Source: Vicinamibacterales bacterium
GTDB taxonomy: Bacteria > Acidobacteriota > Vicinamibacteria > Vicinamibacterales > CAVVIG01
Direction of reading: 5' to 3'
Length of the DNA stretch: 64,000 nucleotides
Assembly: GCA_035650895.1 (NCBI GenBank)
Contig: DASRGT010000022.1
Span: 5,571 to 69,570 of the forward strand
Part shown: one piece after another, positions 35,217-50,089 of the stretch
Layout of the letters: every line of letters starts with the position of its first letter
Position numbering within the stretch: position 1 is the first letter of the stretch
The notes under the pieces: model-generated
The model's database searches: none
Told to the model about the DNA's origin: nothing
Seen by the model: the letters and a program-made list of their open reading frames with translations, nothing else
Position numbers and translations under genes: made by a program

Positions 35217-36487
35217 GCCGCGTGCTCTATTTCGATTGTTTTTCCGGCATCTCCGGCGACATGGCGCTCGGCGCGCTGATCGACGCGGGGCTGCCGGTCG
35301 ATGCGCTGCGGCAGGCGCTCGGCAGCCTGGCGCTCGGCGACGCGCACATCCACGTGGATCGCGTGCTGCGGGCCGGCGTGGCCGCGACCAAGTTTTCGGT
35401 GCACGAGCACGCGCACGATCGCGAGCGCCACGAACACGCGCACGACCACGGACACCACGAACACCTGCACGACCACGGGCGCCACGGCCACGCGCACGAA
35501 CACGGCGACGGCGGCCACCATCACCCGCACCGCTCGCTGCCGGACATCTACGCGCTGATCGACGCGTCGGCGCTGCCTGCCACCGCGCGCGCGCGGGCGA
35601 AGTCGATGTTCGAGCGGCTCGCCGAAGCCGAGGCGGCCATCCACCAGATGCCGGTGGAGCAGGTGCACCTGCACGAGGTCGGCGCGCTCGATTCGATCAT
35701 CGACATCTGCGGCATCGCGTTCGCCATGGAGTGGGTCGGCGCCGACCGTGTCGTCTGCTCGCCGCTCAATGTCGGCGGCGGCATGGTGCAGTCGGCGCAC
35801 GGCCATTTCCCCGTGCCGGCGCCGGCCACGGTCAGGCTCCTCGGCGCCGCGCCCATCTACAGCGGCGCGGTGCAGAAAGAGCTCGTCACGCCGACGGGAG
35901 CGTTGATCGCGACGACGTTTGCGTCGGCGTTCGGGCCGATTCCCTCGATGACGGTCGAGCGCGTGGGATACGGCGCCGGCGACCGCGACGAGCCGTCGAC
36001 GCCCAACGTGCTGCGCGTGCTGATTGGCGCGGAAGCCGCCGCCGCCGATGCCGGCGACCGCGTGGTGGTCGTCGAGTGCGAGATCGACGACATGAACCCG
36101 CAGATTTTCGGCGTCGCCATGGAGCGCCTGTACGCGGCCGGTGCGCTCGAGGTGTTCTACGTCGCCGTGCAGATGAAGAAGAACCGCCCGGGCACGCTGC
36201 TGACCGTCATCGCGCCGCCCGACAGGCGCGCGGCGATCGCCGACGTCATCTTCGCGGAGACGACGACGATCGGGCTGCGGCACAGCGAAGTGTCACGCCT
36301 GTGTCTGACACGCGAAATCGTGAGGGTCGACACCCCGCTCGGCCCGGTGCGCTTCAAGGTCGCCTCGCGCGACGGCCGCGTCGTGAACGCCCAGCCCGAA
36401 TTCGACGACTGCGCCGCGCTCGCGGCGCAGCATAATCGTTCGGTGAAGGACGTGCAGGCCATCGCGATTCGGGCGTTTCAGCCGTGA
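35213..36487 (+). CDS. larC: Nickel-pincer cofactor biosynthesis protein LarC (nickel insertion), single fused ORF with a His-rich tract
   Basis: GTGA overlap with radC. 'LYFDCFSGISGDM' and 'LHEVGALDSIIDI'. His-rich region 'HEHAHDRERHEHAHDHGHHEHLHDHGRHGHAHEHGDGGHHHPH'. Confidence 0.85.
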   Translation: MSRVLYFDCFSGISGDMALGALIDAGLPVDALRQALGSLALGDAHIHVDRVLRAGVAATKFSVHEHAHDRERHEHAHDHGHHEHLHDHGRHGHAHEHGDGGHHHPHRSLPDIYALIDASALPATARARAKSMFERLAEAEAAIHQMPVEQVHLHEVGALDSIIDICGIAFAMEWVGADRVVCSPLNVGGGMVQSAHGHFPVPAPATVRLLGAAPIYSGAVQKELVTPTGALIATTFASAFGPIPSMTVERVGYGAGDRDEPSTPNVLRVLIGAEAAAADAGDRVVVVECEIDDMNPQIFGVAMERLYAAGALEVFYVAVQMKKNRPGTLLTVIAPPDRRAAIADVIFAETTTIGLRHSEVSRLCLTREIVRVDTPLGPVRFKVASRDGRVVNAQPEFDDCAALAAQHNRSVKDVQAIAIRAFQP

Positions 36488-38427
36488 AGCAGTACTTCCT
36501 GACCACCGCGATCGACTACGTCAACAGCCGGCCGCACCTGGGCACGGCGTACGAGAAGGTCTGCGCCGACGTCATCGCGCGCTACAAGCGGCTCTGCGGG
36601 TTCGAGACGCGGTTCCTGATGGGGAACGACGAGCACTCGCAGAACGTCTTCAAGAACGCGCAGGACCTCGGCCTCGATCCGCTCGCCTACTGCGACCGGA
36701 TGGAGCAGGAGTTCCGCCGCACGTGGGCGCGGCTCGACGTGTCGTTCGACGACTTCATCCGGACGACCGAGCCGCGGCACCGCGCCGGCGTCACCGCCCT
36801 GGCGCAGCGCGTCTACGACGCCGGCGACATCTACGAGGGCGTGTACGAGGGGTGGTACTGCGTCAGCTGCGAGGAGTTCAAGCAGGAGAAGGACCTCGTC
36901 AACGGCAACTGCCCGCTGCACCCGACGGTGAAGCCCGAATGGATCCGGGAGAAGAACTACTTCTTCCGGCTGTCGAAGTATCGGCAGCCGCTGCTCGAGC
37001 ATTTCGCGGCGCATCCCGAATTCCTCGAGCCCGACATCCGCCGCAACGAGATCCTGCGGCTGATCGAGGGCGGCCTGATCGACGTGTCGGTGAGCCGCGC
37101 CGGCCAGTCGTGGGGCATCCCGCTCCCCTGGGATCCCTCGAGCGTCGTCTATGTCTGGTTCGACGCGCTGATCAACTACGCGTCCGCGGTCGGCCTCGGC
37201 GGCGACGCGCCGCTGTTCGACAAGTGGTGGCCGGCCGATCTGCACGTGATCGGCAAGGACATCACGCGTTTCCACACCGTCATCTGGCCCGCGATGCTGC
37301 TGTCGGCCAAGCTGCCGCTGCCGCGCCAGGTGTTCGGTCACGGCTTCATGACGATGAACGGCCAGCGCATGAGCAAGACGCTCGGCACGATCGTCGATCC
37401 CATCGTCGCCGCCGACCGCCTCGGCCAGGATCCGCTGCGTCTCTATCTCGTCAAGGAGATCGTGTTCGGCAGCGACGGCGATTTTTCGTGGGCGCGGTAC
37501 GACGAGCGATACAACGCCGACCTCGCCAACAACCTCGGCAACCTCGTGAGCCGCGTGTCGGCGATGGCCGCACGGTACCGGCAGGGCACGCTCGCGCCCG
37601 TCGCGGCGACCAACGATCAGCTCGCGCGCGTCGCCGAGCAGGCGGTGGCCGCCTATCGGTCCGCGATGGACCGCTTCGCGCTGCACGAGGGCGCCGCCGC
37701 GGCGTTCTCGCTGGTCGATGCGACGAACGAGTTCATCGCCGCGACGGCGCCGTGGACGCTGGCGAAGGACCCCGCCAGCGCCGACCGCCTGACGCAGGTG
37801 CTGTTCGACGCCGCCGAGGCCGTGCGTCTCGCGGCGGTGCTGCTGGAACCGGTGATGCCCTCCTCGTCGCGCGAAATCCTGCGCCGCGTCGGGGCCTCCA
37901 CCGAAGGCGTGCTGTTCGATCGCGACGGCCGATGGCGGACCGACGGAGCGCGCACGCTGCTCCAGGAGGGTCCGCTGTGGCCGCGCAAGGAGATCCCGAC
38001 CGTGAGCGACAACCCGTTACCGCCCGATCAACCGGCGCCCGAGGCGCGCGTCGACGCCCCACAGGCGCCGCCGAAGGCGCCTGACGCCGTCCAGGCGCCC
38101 GAGCGCATCTCCATCGACGACTTCATGAAGGTGGAGCTCCGCGTCGCGCGGGTGCTGACCGCGGAAAAAGTGGAGAAGTCGAAGAAGCTGCTCAAGCTGA
38201 CGGTGGACGTCGGCACCGAGCACCGCACGCTGGTCGCGGGAATCGCCGAAGCCTACGATCCCGAATCGCTCGTCGGCCGCAGCGTCGTCATCGTGTTCAA
38301 CCTGAAGCCCGCGAAGCTGATGGGGATCGAGTCGAACGGGATGGTGCTCGCCGCGAGCCCCGACGGCGGGATGCCCGAGGTGGTGTCGTTCGTCAATCCG
38401 CCCGCGCCCGGCACGCGCGTGCGCTGA
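36484..38427 (+). CDS. metG: Methionine--tRNA ligase with a C-terminal tRNA-binding (Trbp111/EMAPII-like) domain
   Basis: GTGA overlap. 'SRPHLGTAYE' (HIGH-like) and 'RMSKTLG' (KMSKS). C-terminal 'KVELRVARVL..KLLKL.VD.G'. Confidence 0.95.
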   Translation: MKQYFLTTAIDYVNSRPHLGTAYEKVCADVIARYKRLCGFETRFLMGNDEHSQNVFKNAQDLGLDPLAYCDRMEQEFRRTWARLDVSFDDFIRTTEPRHRAGVTALAQRVYDAGDIYEGVYEGWYCVSCEEFKQEKDLVNGNCPLHPTVKPEWIREKNYFFRLSKYRQPLLEHFAAHPEFLEPDIRRNEILRLIEGGLIDVSVSRAGQSWGIPLPWDPSSVVYVWFDALINYASAVGLGGDAPLFDKWWPADLHVIGKDITRFHTVIWPAMLLSAKLPLPRQVFGHGFMTMNGQRMSKTLGTIVDPIVAADRLGQDPLRLYLVKEIVFGSDGDFSWARYDERYNADLANNLGNLVSRVSAMAARYRQGTLAPVAATNDQLARVAEQAVAAYRSAMDRFALHEGAAAAFSLVDATNEFIAATAPWTLAKDPASADRLTQVLFDAAEAVRLAAVLLEPVMPSSSREILRRVGASTEGVLFDRDGRWRTDGARTLLQEGPLWPRKEIPTVSDNPLPPDQPAPEARVDAPQAPPKAPDAVQAPERISIDDFMKVELRVARVLTAEKVEKSKKLLKLTVDVGTEHRTLVAGIAEAYDPESLVGRSVVIVFNLKPAKLMGIESNGMVLAASPDGGMPEVVSFVNPPAPGTRVR

Positions 38428-38429
38428 GC

Positions 38430-39209
38430 GTGATCGACTCCCACTGTCACCTCGCCGACGACACGTTCGCCGGCGATCTCGACGCCGTCGTGTCGCGCGC
38501 GAGGGACGCCGGGCTCGAGCGCGTCTGCGTCATCCTCGAGGCGGGCAACGCGAGCGAGGCGGCGCAGGCGCAGCGGCTCGTCGCGCTGTGGCCCGACGTG
38601 CGGGCGGCGATCGGCGTGCACCCGCATCAGGCGCACGAGTTCGCGACCGATCCCGAACGCGCGGCCGACGTGGTCCGCGACCAGTTCGCGCGGACGCCGT
38701 TCGCCCGCGCGATCGGCGAAATCGGGCTCGACTACCACTACGATTTCTCGCCGCGATCGGTGCAGCACGGCGTGTTTCGCGCCCAGGTCCGGCTCGCGCG
38801 CGAACTGCAGCGGCCGGTGGTCATCCACACGCGCGAAGCCGACGCCGACACCATCGCGATCCTCGAAGAGGAGGGGGGCGGCGACCTTCGCGGCGTGCTG
38901 CACTGCTTCACCGGCACCCCCTGGCTGCGGGATGCCGGCCTCGCCCTGGGCTTCTTCGTCTCGCTCGCCGGCATCATCACCTTTCCGAAAGCGGGGGACC
39001 TCCGCGACACCATCCGTCCGGTTCCGCTCGACCGCCTGCTGACCGAAACCGACAGCCCGTTTCTCGCGCCGGTGCCGCACCGCGGCAAGCGCAACGAACC
39101 GGCCCACGTCGTGCGAGTGGTGGAGACGCTGGCGGAGCTGCACCAGACCAGCGTCGACGCGATGGGCCGGCAGACGGCGTCGAACTTCCACGCGCTGTTC
39201 CGGCCGTGA
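38430..39209 (+). CDS. TatD-family metal-dependent hydrolase
   Basis: GTG 2 nt after the metG stop. 'IDSHCHL', 'GEIGLDY', 'VIHTREA' and 'ETDSPFL'. Confidence 0.9.
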   Translation: MIDSHCHLADDTFAGDLDAVVSRARDAGLERVCVILEAGNASEAAQAQRLVALWPDVRAAIGVHPHQAHEFATDPERAADVVRDQFARTPFARAIGEIGLDYHYDFSPRSVQHGVFRAQVRLARELQRPVVIHTREADADTIAILEEEGGGDLRGVLHCFTGTPWLRDAGLALGFFVSLAGIITFPKAGDLRDTIRPVPLDRLLTETDSPFLAPVPHRGKRNEPAHVVRVVETLAELHQTSVDAMGRQTASNFHALFRP

Positions 39210-39229
39210 TAAAGTCCTAACCTGAACCT

Positions 39230-45232
<6,003 letters not shown>

Positions 45233-45251
45233 TGGACGGCGGCAACCGCGG

Positions 45252-45257
45252 TACAAT
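45252..45257 (+). promoter_or_regulatory. Candidate -10 box (TACAAT) for rnpB
   Basis: TACAAT ends 5 nt before the first base of the P1 helix of RNase P RNA. No clear -35 was identified. Confidence 0.3.
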
Positions 45258-45261
45258 GGCT

Positions 45262-45728
45262 TGTTCGCAGCGAGCCAGACGATCGTCCGCCTTCGCTCTT
45301 CGGACCGTGGCGCGATCAGGCTTCCTCCGGGGAGCTTGCGCGCGCGCTCGAAGCGCCGCGGGGGCGGGAGGAAAGTCCGAACTCCGCAGGGCAGTGCGCC
45401 GGGTAACGCCCGGTCGGGGCAACTCGAAGGACAGTGGCACAGAAAACACACAGCCGAACCCGCCGGCGTCGCGCAAGCGGCAATGACGGGTGGCAATGGT
45501 GAAAAGGTGCGGTAAGAGCGCACCGCGCGCGTGGCAACACGCGTGGCAGGCAAAACCCCGCACGGAGCAAGACCAAATAGGGAAGCTTGGACGGCCCGTC
45601 CGCATGGCTTCCGGGTCGGTCGCTTGATCCCGCCAGCGATGGCGGGGCTAGAGGAATGATCGTCACCCGCCGTCGCCTTCACGGGCGGCGGCGCGGGACA
45701 GAATTCGGCTTACGGCTCGCTGCGAACA
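45262..45728 (+). ncRNA. rnpB: Bacterial RNase P RNA (type A)
   Basis: Universal motifs 'GGAGGAAAGTCCGAAC', 'ACAGAAAACA', 'GGTAAGAGCGCACC' and 'ACAGAATTCGGCTTA'. A 15-bp P1 helix forms between TGTTCGCAGCGAGCC (45262..45276) and GGCTCGCTGCGAACA (45714..45728). Confidence 0.9.
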
Positions 45729-45733
45729 CTCAC

Positions 45734-46885
45734 ATGAAGAGACTGTTGCTCGTCGTCGTCGCGACCCTGGCGGCGGCCGCACAAACCGCGAACGGCCTCG
45801 GCGGCCAGCAGGCGCCCGGCCAGATCCGTCCCCGTCCCGCCGAAGGCCGCGAGCCCGAGTTCAAGCCGCCGACGATCCGCGAGTACCACCCGAAATCGCA
45901 GCTCGTCACGCCCCAGCATCCGGTGCCGCGCGCGAAGTACCCGGTCATCGACATCCACAGCCATCAGCCGACGCCGATTTCGAACGAGGAGTTCGGGCGG
46001 GTCGTGAAAGGGATGGACGCGAACAACCTGCGCCTGCTCGTGAACCTGAGCGGATCGTGGGGCGAACGGCTGCACCGCGGTCTGGACGCCATCAGGAAGA
46101 GTCCGTACGCCGATCGGATGGTGTTGTTCGCCAACGTCGATTTCAGCCGCGTCGGTCCGGGTGCCGGCGCGCAGCTCGCCAAAACGCTCGACGCCGATCT
46201 GAACGCCGGCGCGCTGGGGCTGAAGGTCTTCAAGGACCTCGGGATGTTCGATCGGAAAACGGACGGCAGCCGCCTGAAGGTGGACGACCCCGAGCTGGAC
46301 GCGATCTGGGACACGTGCGCGAAGCACAACGTGCCGGTCTTGATCCACATCGCGGAGCCGCCGGCGTTCTTCGAGCCGCTCGATTACACGAACGAGCGCT
46401 GGCTCGAGCTCTCGCTCTATCCCGATCGCCGCCACCAGACCGGCGTGCGCTTCGAGGAGCTGCTCGCGGAACGCAACAACATGATCGCGCGCCACCCGAA
46501 CACGAAGTTCGTCCTGGCGCACTTCGGGTGGCATGCCAACGACCTCGCGCGCGCCGGCAAGCTGCTCGACGAGCACCCGAACGTCTACTACGACGTGGCC
46601 GCGGTGCTCTACGACTTCGGGCGCCAGCCCCGCGCCGCCCACGAGTTCTTCGTCAAGTACCAGGACCGCCTCGTGTTCGGGAAGGACAGCTACCAGCCGG
46701 ACGAATACCCGTACTACTGGCGCGTGTTCGAAACCAACGACGAGTACTTCGACTACTACCGCGACTATCACGCGTTCTGGAAGTTGTATGGCATCGGGTT
46801 ACCCGACGCCGTGCTGCGGAAGCTCTACTATCAGAACGCCCTGAAGCTGGTGCCCGGCATCCCGCACGCCGGCTTCACGGATTAG
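45734..46885 (+). CDS. Secreted amidohydrolase-family (TIM-barrel metal hydrolase, Amidohydro_2-like) protein
   Basis: The internal ATG at 45734 gives the signal peptide 'MKRLLLVVVATLAAAAQ'. 'VIDIHSHQ' HxH motif and 'VLIHIAEP'. The upstream part of the track ORF overlaps rnpB and is rejected. Confidence 0.75.
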   Translation: MKRLLLVVVATLAAAAQTANGLGGQQAPGQIRPRPAEGREPEFKPPTIREYHPKSQLVTPQHPVPRAKYPVIDIHSHQPTPISNEEFGRVVKGMDANNLRLLVNLSGSWGERLHRGLDAIRKSPYADRMVLFANVDFSRVGPGAGAQLAKTLDADLNAGALGLKVFKDLGMFDRKTDGSRLKVDDPELDAIWDTCAKHNVPVLIHIAEPPAFFEPLDYTNERWLELSLYPDRRHQTGVRFEELLAERNNMIARHPNTKFVLAHFGWHANDLARAGKLLDEHPNVYYDVAAVLYDFGRQPRAAHEFFVKYQDRLVFGKDSYQPDEYPYYWRVFETNDEYFDYYRDYHAFWKLYGIGLPDAVLRKLYYQNALKLVPGIPHAGFTD

Positions 46886-46908
46886 TTTTTGCACCTCAGC
46901 TCGTCACT

Positions 46909-47859
46909 ATGTCGACGTACCTCGTAACCGGCGGCGCCGGATTCATCGGATCGCACCTGGCGGAAGAACTCGTCCGCCGCGGCCACACCGTTCGCGTGGT
47001 CGACAACCTGATCACCGGCAAGCGCCGCAATCTCGAACACCTGTCCGGCGTGGAATTCCTGGAAGGCGACCTCGCCGACCCGGGCGTCGCCGCGCGGGCG
47101 GTGGAGGGCGCCGACTTCGTCCTGCACCAGGCGGCGATCCCCTCGGTGCCGCGGTCGGTGAAGGATCCGGTGACGTCGAACCGCGCGAACATCGACGCGT
47201 CGCTGAACATCCTGGTCGCGGCGCGGGACGCCGGCGTCAAGCGCCTCGTCTACGCCGGATCGTCGTCGGCCTATGGCAACACGGCGACGCTGCCCAAGCG
47301 CGAGGACATGCCGACCGCTCCGCTCTCGCCGTACGCGCTGCAGAAGCTGGTCGCCGAGCAGTACTGCCAGATGTTCACGCGCCTCTACGGGTTCGAGACG
47401 GTCACCATCCGCTACTTCAACGTCTTCGGGCCGCGCCAGGATCCGAGCTCGCCGTACTCGGGCGTCATCTCGCTCTTTTCGACCGCGCTCCTCGAGGGGA
47501 CGCAGCCGGTGATCTACGGCGACGGCGAGCAGACGCGCGACTTCACCTACGTCGCCAACGTCGTCGACGGCGTCCTGCGGGCGTGCGAGGCGAAGGGCGC
47601 CGCCGGCGAAGTGATCAACGTCGCGTGCGGCACGCGCATCTCGTTGAACGGCCTCCTCGCCGTGATGAACGGGATCGTCGGCTCGAACGTCCAGCCGATC
47701 TACCGCGAACCGCGCGCCGGCGATGTGCGCGATTCGCAGGCCGACATCACGAAAGCGCAGGCACTGCTCGGGTACGCGCCGATCGTGTCGCTCGAAGAGG
47801 GGCTGGCGCGCACCATCGACTGGTGCCGCAGCGAAGCGGCCGCGACCGCCGGCCGCTAG
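46909..47859 (+). CDS. NAD-dependent UDP-sugar 4-epimerase-like SDR (WbpP/TviC-like)
   Basis: 'YLVTGGAGFIGSHL', 'SSSAYG', 'SPYALQKLVAE' (YxxxK) and 'RYFNVFGPRQ'. Confidence 0.85.
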   Translation: MSTYLVTGGAGFIGSHLAEELVRRGHTVRVVDNLITGKRRNLEHLSGVEFLEGDLADPGVAARAVEGADFVLHQAAIPSVPRSVKDPVTSNRANIDASLNILVAARDAGVKRLVYAGSSSAYGNTATLPKREDMPTAPLSPYALQKLVAEQYCQMFTRLYGFETVTIRYFNVFGPRQDPSSPYSGVISLFSTALLEGTQPVIYGDGEQTRDFTYVANVVDGVLRACEAKGAAGEVINVACGTRISLNGLLAVMNGIVGSNVQPIYREPRAGDVRDSQADITKAQALLGYAPIVSLEEGLARTIDWCRSEAAATAGR

Positions 47860-47991
47860 CCGCCTTCCGAGCGCATTCCAGCTCCCGTCCCCGACGCGCA
47901 GCCCCGCGGACCGCAGGGGCGCCGCGGGCGGCACATGCCACGCGACCGGAGCGGGTGGACGCGGCCCGCGGTGCCGTTACAATACCGCGAC

Positions 47992-49890
47992 ATGACGCGC
48001 CGGCCCACCCGATGGCTCTTCGTGATGCTGCTCGCGGCCGCCGTGCCGTCGACCCTCGGGGCCGCCGAGCGGCCGTGGCGCGTCATCCGCGGGCGCAACG
48101 TCGAAGTCTTCGGGCAGCAGTCGCCGCGGACGCTCCGCGACATCGCCGTCGAACTCGAACAGTTTCGGGTCGTCCTGGGCAATCTGGTCCGCGGCGCGCG
48201 CCAGCCGCAGGCGCTGCCCACCGAGGTCTACATCTTCGACGACTACGAGGCGATGAAGCCGTTCGTCCCCCTGTACCAGGGACGCCCCGCGTCGCTCGGC
48301 GGCTTCTGCCTCTGCACCTCCCCCGACGGCGGCAGCATCATCGTCGCCAGCCTGTCGCGGTATTCGGATTCGTCGGAGATCATCTACCACGAGTACTCGC
48401 ACCTCCTCCTGTCGAACGTGATGACGACGGTGCCGGTGTGGTTCAACGAGGGGCTTGCCGAGTACTTCAGCACCTTCCGGCTGCACGGCGACCAGGCGCA
48501 GGTCGGCCGTGCGATCGACCGTCACATCGAGCTGCTCCGCGAGCGGTTCATCCCGCTGGATCAGCTGCTCGCCGTGGACCACTCGTCGGCGCTCTACAAC
48601 GAAGGCACGCGGCGGTCGATCTTTTACGCCGAGTCGTGGGCGCTGGTGCACTACCTGCTGCTCGGACGGCCCGACGGCGCGGCGACGATCAACAAGTACA
48701 TCAACGCGTACGCGAACGGCGCGCCGACCGCCGACGCGCTCGCCGCGGCGGTCGGGGAGCCGGTCAAGGCGCTCGACGCCGACCTGCGGCGGTACGTGAA
48801 CCGGCTGCTGTTCAACGCGGTCACCTACACGTTGTCGCAGCCGGTCGCGGTGGACCAGCCCGACGTGGCGGCGGCGATCGCGCCGGCCGAGGCGTCCGCG
48901 CGCCTGGGCGAAATCGACCTGCGCGTGAACCGGCCGGACGACGCGGCGCGCCGCATCGAGACCGCGGCCGATGCGCGGCCGGCGGCCGGGCGGGCGCAGC
49001 TCGCGCTCGCGCAGCTGCGCCTGCAGCAGAACCGTCATGACGAAGCGTGGCAGGCGCTGCGGTCGGCGGCGCAGCTCTCGCCGAACGACTACACCGCGCA
49101 GTACCTGTACGGCCTGATGCTCCTGCGCGGAGCCGGCAATCGCGACGCTTCGCGGTCGACGGCCGAATGGGCGAGCGCCGCGCACGGCGCGCTGGCGCGC
49201 GCCGTCGCCATCCATCCCGATTCGGCCGCGGCGCTCGTGTGGCTGGCGTACGCCGATATCGAGCTCGACGCGAACCTCGAGGAGGCGCGCGACGCCACCG
49301 CCAAAGCGCTGGCGCTGGCGCCGGGACGCGTCGACTACGCGTTGCAGCTCGGCGAGGTTCGCATGCGCATGGGCGATGCCATGGGGGCCCGGCAGGTGTT
49401 TGCCGCGATCGCGAAGGGCGATGCCGAGCACGAAGAAACACGGCGCGCGGCGCGGCTGCTGCGCCTGCTCGACGAACGCGATCGCCTGTCGCGTCCGGCC
49501 GCGGCGCCTTCCGCGCGCGACTCGGGCGAGCACGACTCCGTGGACGTCACGTTCGACGACCCGCAGGCCAGCACGCGCGAAACGCTCGACCTCTCGACCA
49601 CCCGGTTCCGCCTTCGCGACCCCGGCGCGGGGGAGCAGCGCGCGTTCGGCGAGCTGGTCGCGATCGAATGCGGAGCCGGCGGCGTCCGGTTCCGCGTTCG
49701 TGCGGGCGGCGGCGACACGGTCGGCACGGCGGCGCGGATGGAAGACGTCGAACTGACGGCGTACGGCAACCAGCGGGACATGACCATCGCCTGCGGGGCG
49801 CGAACGCCCCCCGATCCCGTGTACCTGACGCGCCGGGCCGACGGCACGGCCGTCGCCGTCGAATTCATGCCGAAGGGGTACGTTCCGTAA
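47992..49890 (+). CDS. Secreted putative zinc metallopeptidase (HExxH, DUF1570-like) with a TPR-like helical region and a C-terminal beta domain
   Basis: Signal peptide 'AVPSTLGAAE'. 'IIYHEYSHLL' HExxH followed by 'WFNEGLAEYF'. Helical repeats in the middle third. Confidence 0.65.
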   Translation: MTRRPTRWLFVMLLAAAVPSTLGAAERPWRVIRGRNVEVFGQQSPRTLRDIAVELEQFRVVLGNLVRGARQPQALPTEVYIFDDYEAMKPFVPLYQGRPASLGGFCLCTSPDGGSIIVASLSRYSDSSEIIYHEYSHLLLSNVMTTVPVWFNEGLAEYFSTFRLHGDQAQVGRAIDRHIELLRERFIPLDQLLAVDHSSALYNEGTRRSIFYAESWALVHYLLLGRPDGAATINKYINAYANGAPTADALAAAVGEPVKALDADLRRYVNRLLFNAVTYTLSQPVAVDQPDVAAAIAPAEASARLGEIDLRVNRPDDAARRIETAADARPAAGRAQLALAQLRLQQNRHDEAWQALRSAAQLSPNDYTAQYLYGLMLLRGAGNRDASRSTAEWASAAHGALARAVAIHPDSAAALVWLAYADIELDANLEEARDATAKALALAPGRVDYALQLGEVRMRMGDAMGARQVFAAIAKGDAEHEETRRAARLLRLLDERDRLSRPAAAPSARDSGEHDSVDVTFDDPQASTRETLDLSTTRFRLRDPGAGEQRAFGELVAIECGAGGVRFRVRAGGGDTVGTAARMEDVELTAYGNQRDMTIACGARTPPDPVYLTRRADGTAVAVEFMPKGYVP

Positions 49891-50089
49891 CCGGCCTGCC
49901 CGATTCCCTCCCTGAGGAATAACAAAGGCCGTCTCGAAGGAGACTTCCGCGTCACCGGCGACTTCGGCCTCCGGGTTACATAAGTTTTTCAGAAAGAACT
50001 CGACAGAAAGACGGATCCTTCCGCCTAGAATGTGCGCTCGTTCCCGAGAACAGTTCAGCGGCGTTCGTCATCGCAGTGGCGAGGGATTT

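Noticed and set aside
35390-35530. Repetitive CAC/GAC/CAT-rich DNA.
   Set aside because: It encodes the His/Asp-rich metal-binding tract that is a normal feature of LarC proteins, so it is not an independent repeat element.
49925-49995. A possible terminator after the HExxH/TPR gene: small hairpin GTCTC-GAAG-GAGAC, GGCCG...CGGCC pairing, and a downstream 'AAGTTTTT'.
   Set aside because: The stems are short and interrupted, and the T-run is not adjacent to a stable hairpin. That is not enough support to annotate it.
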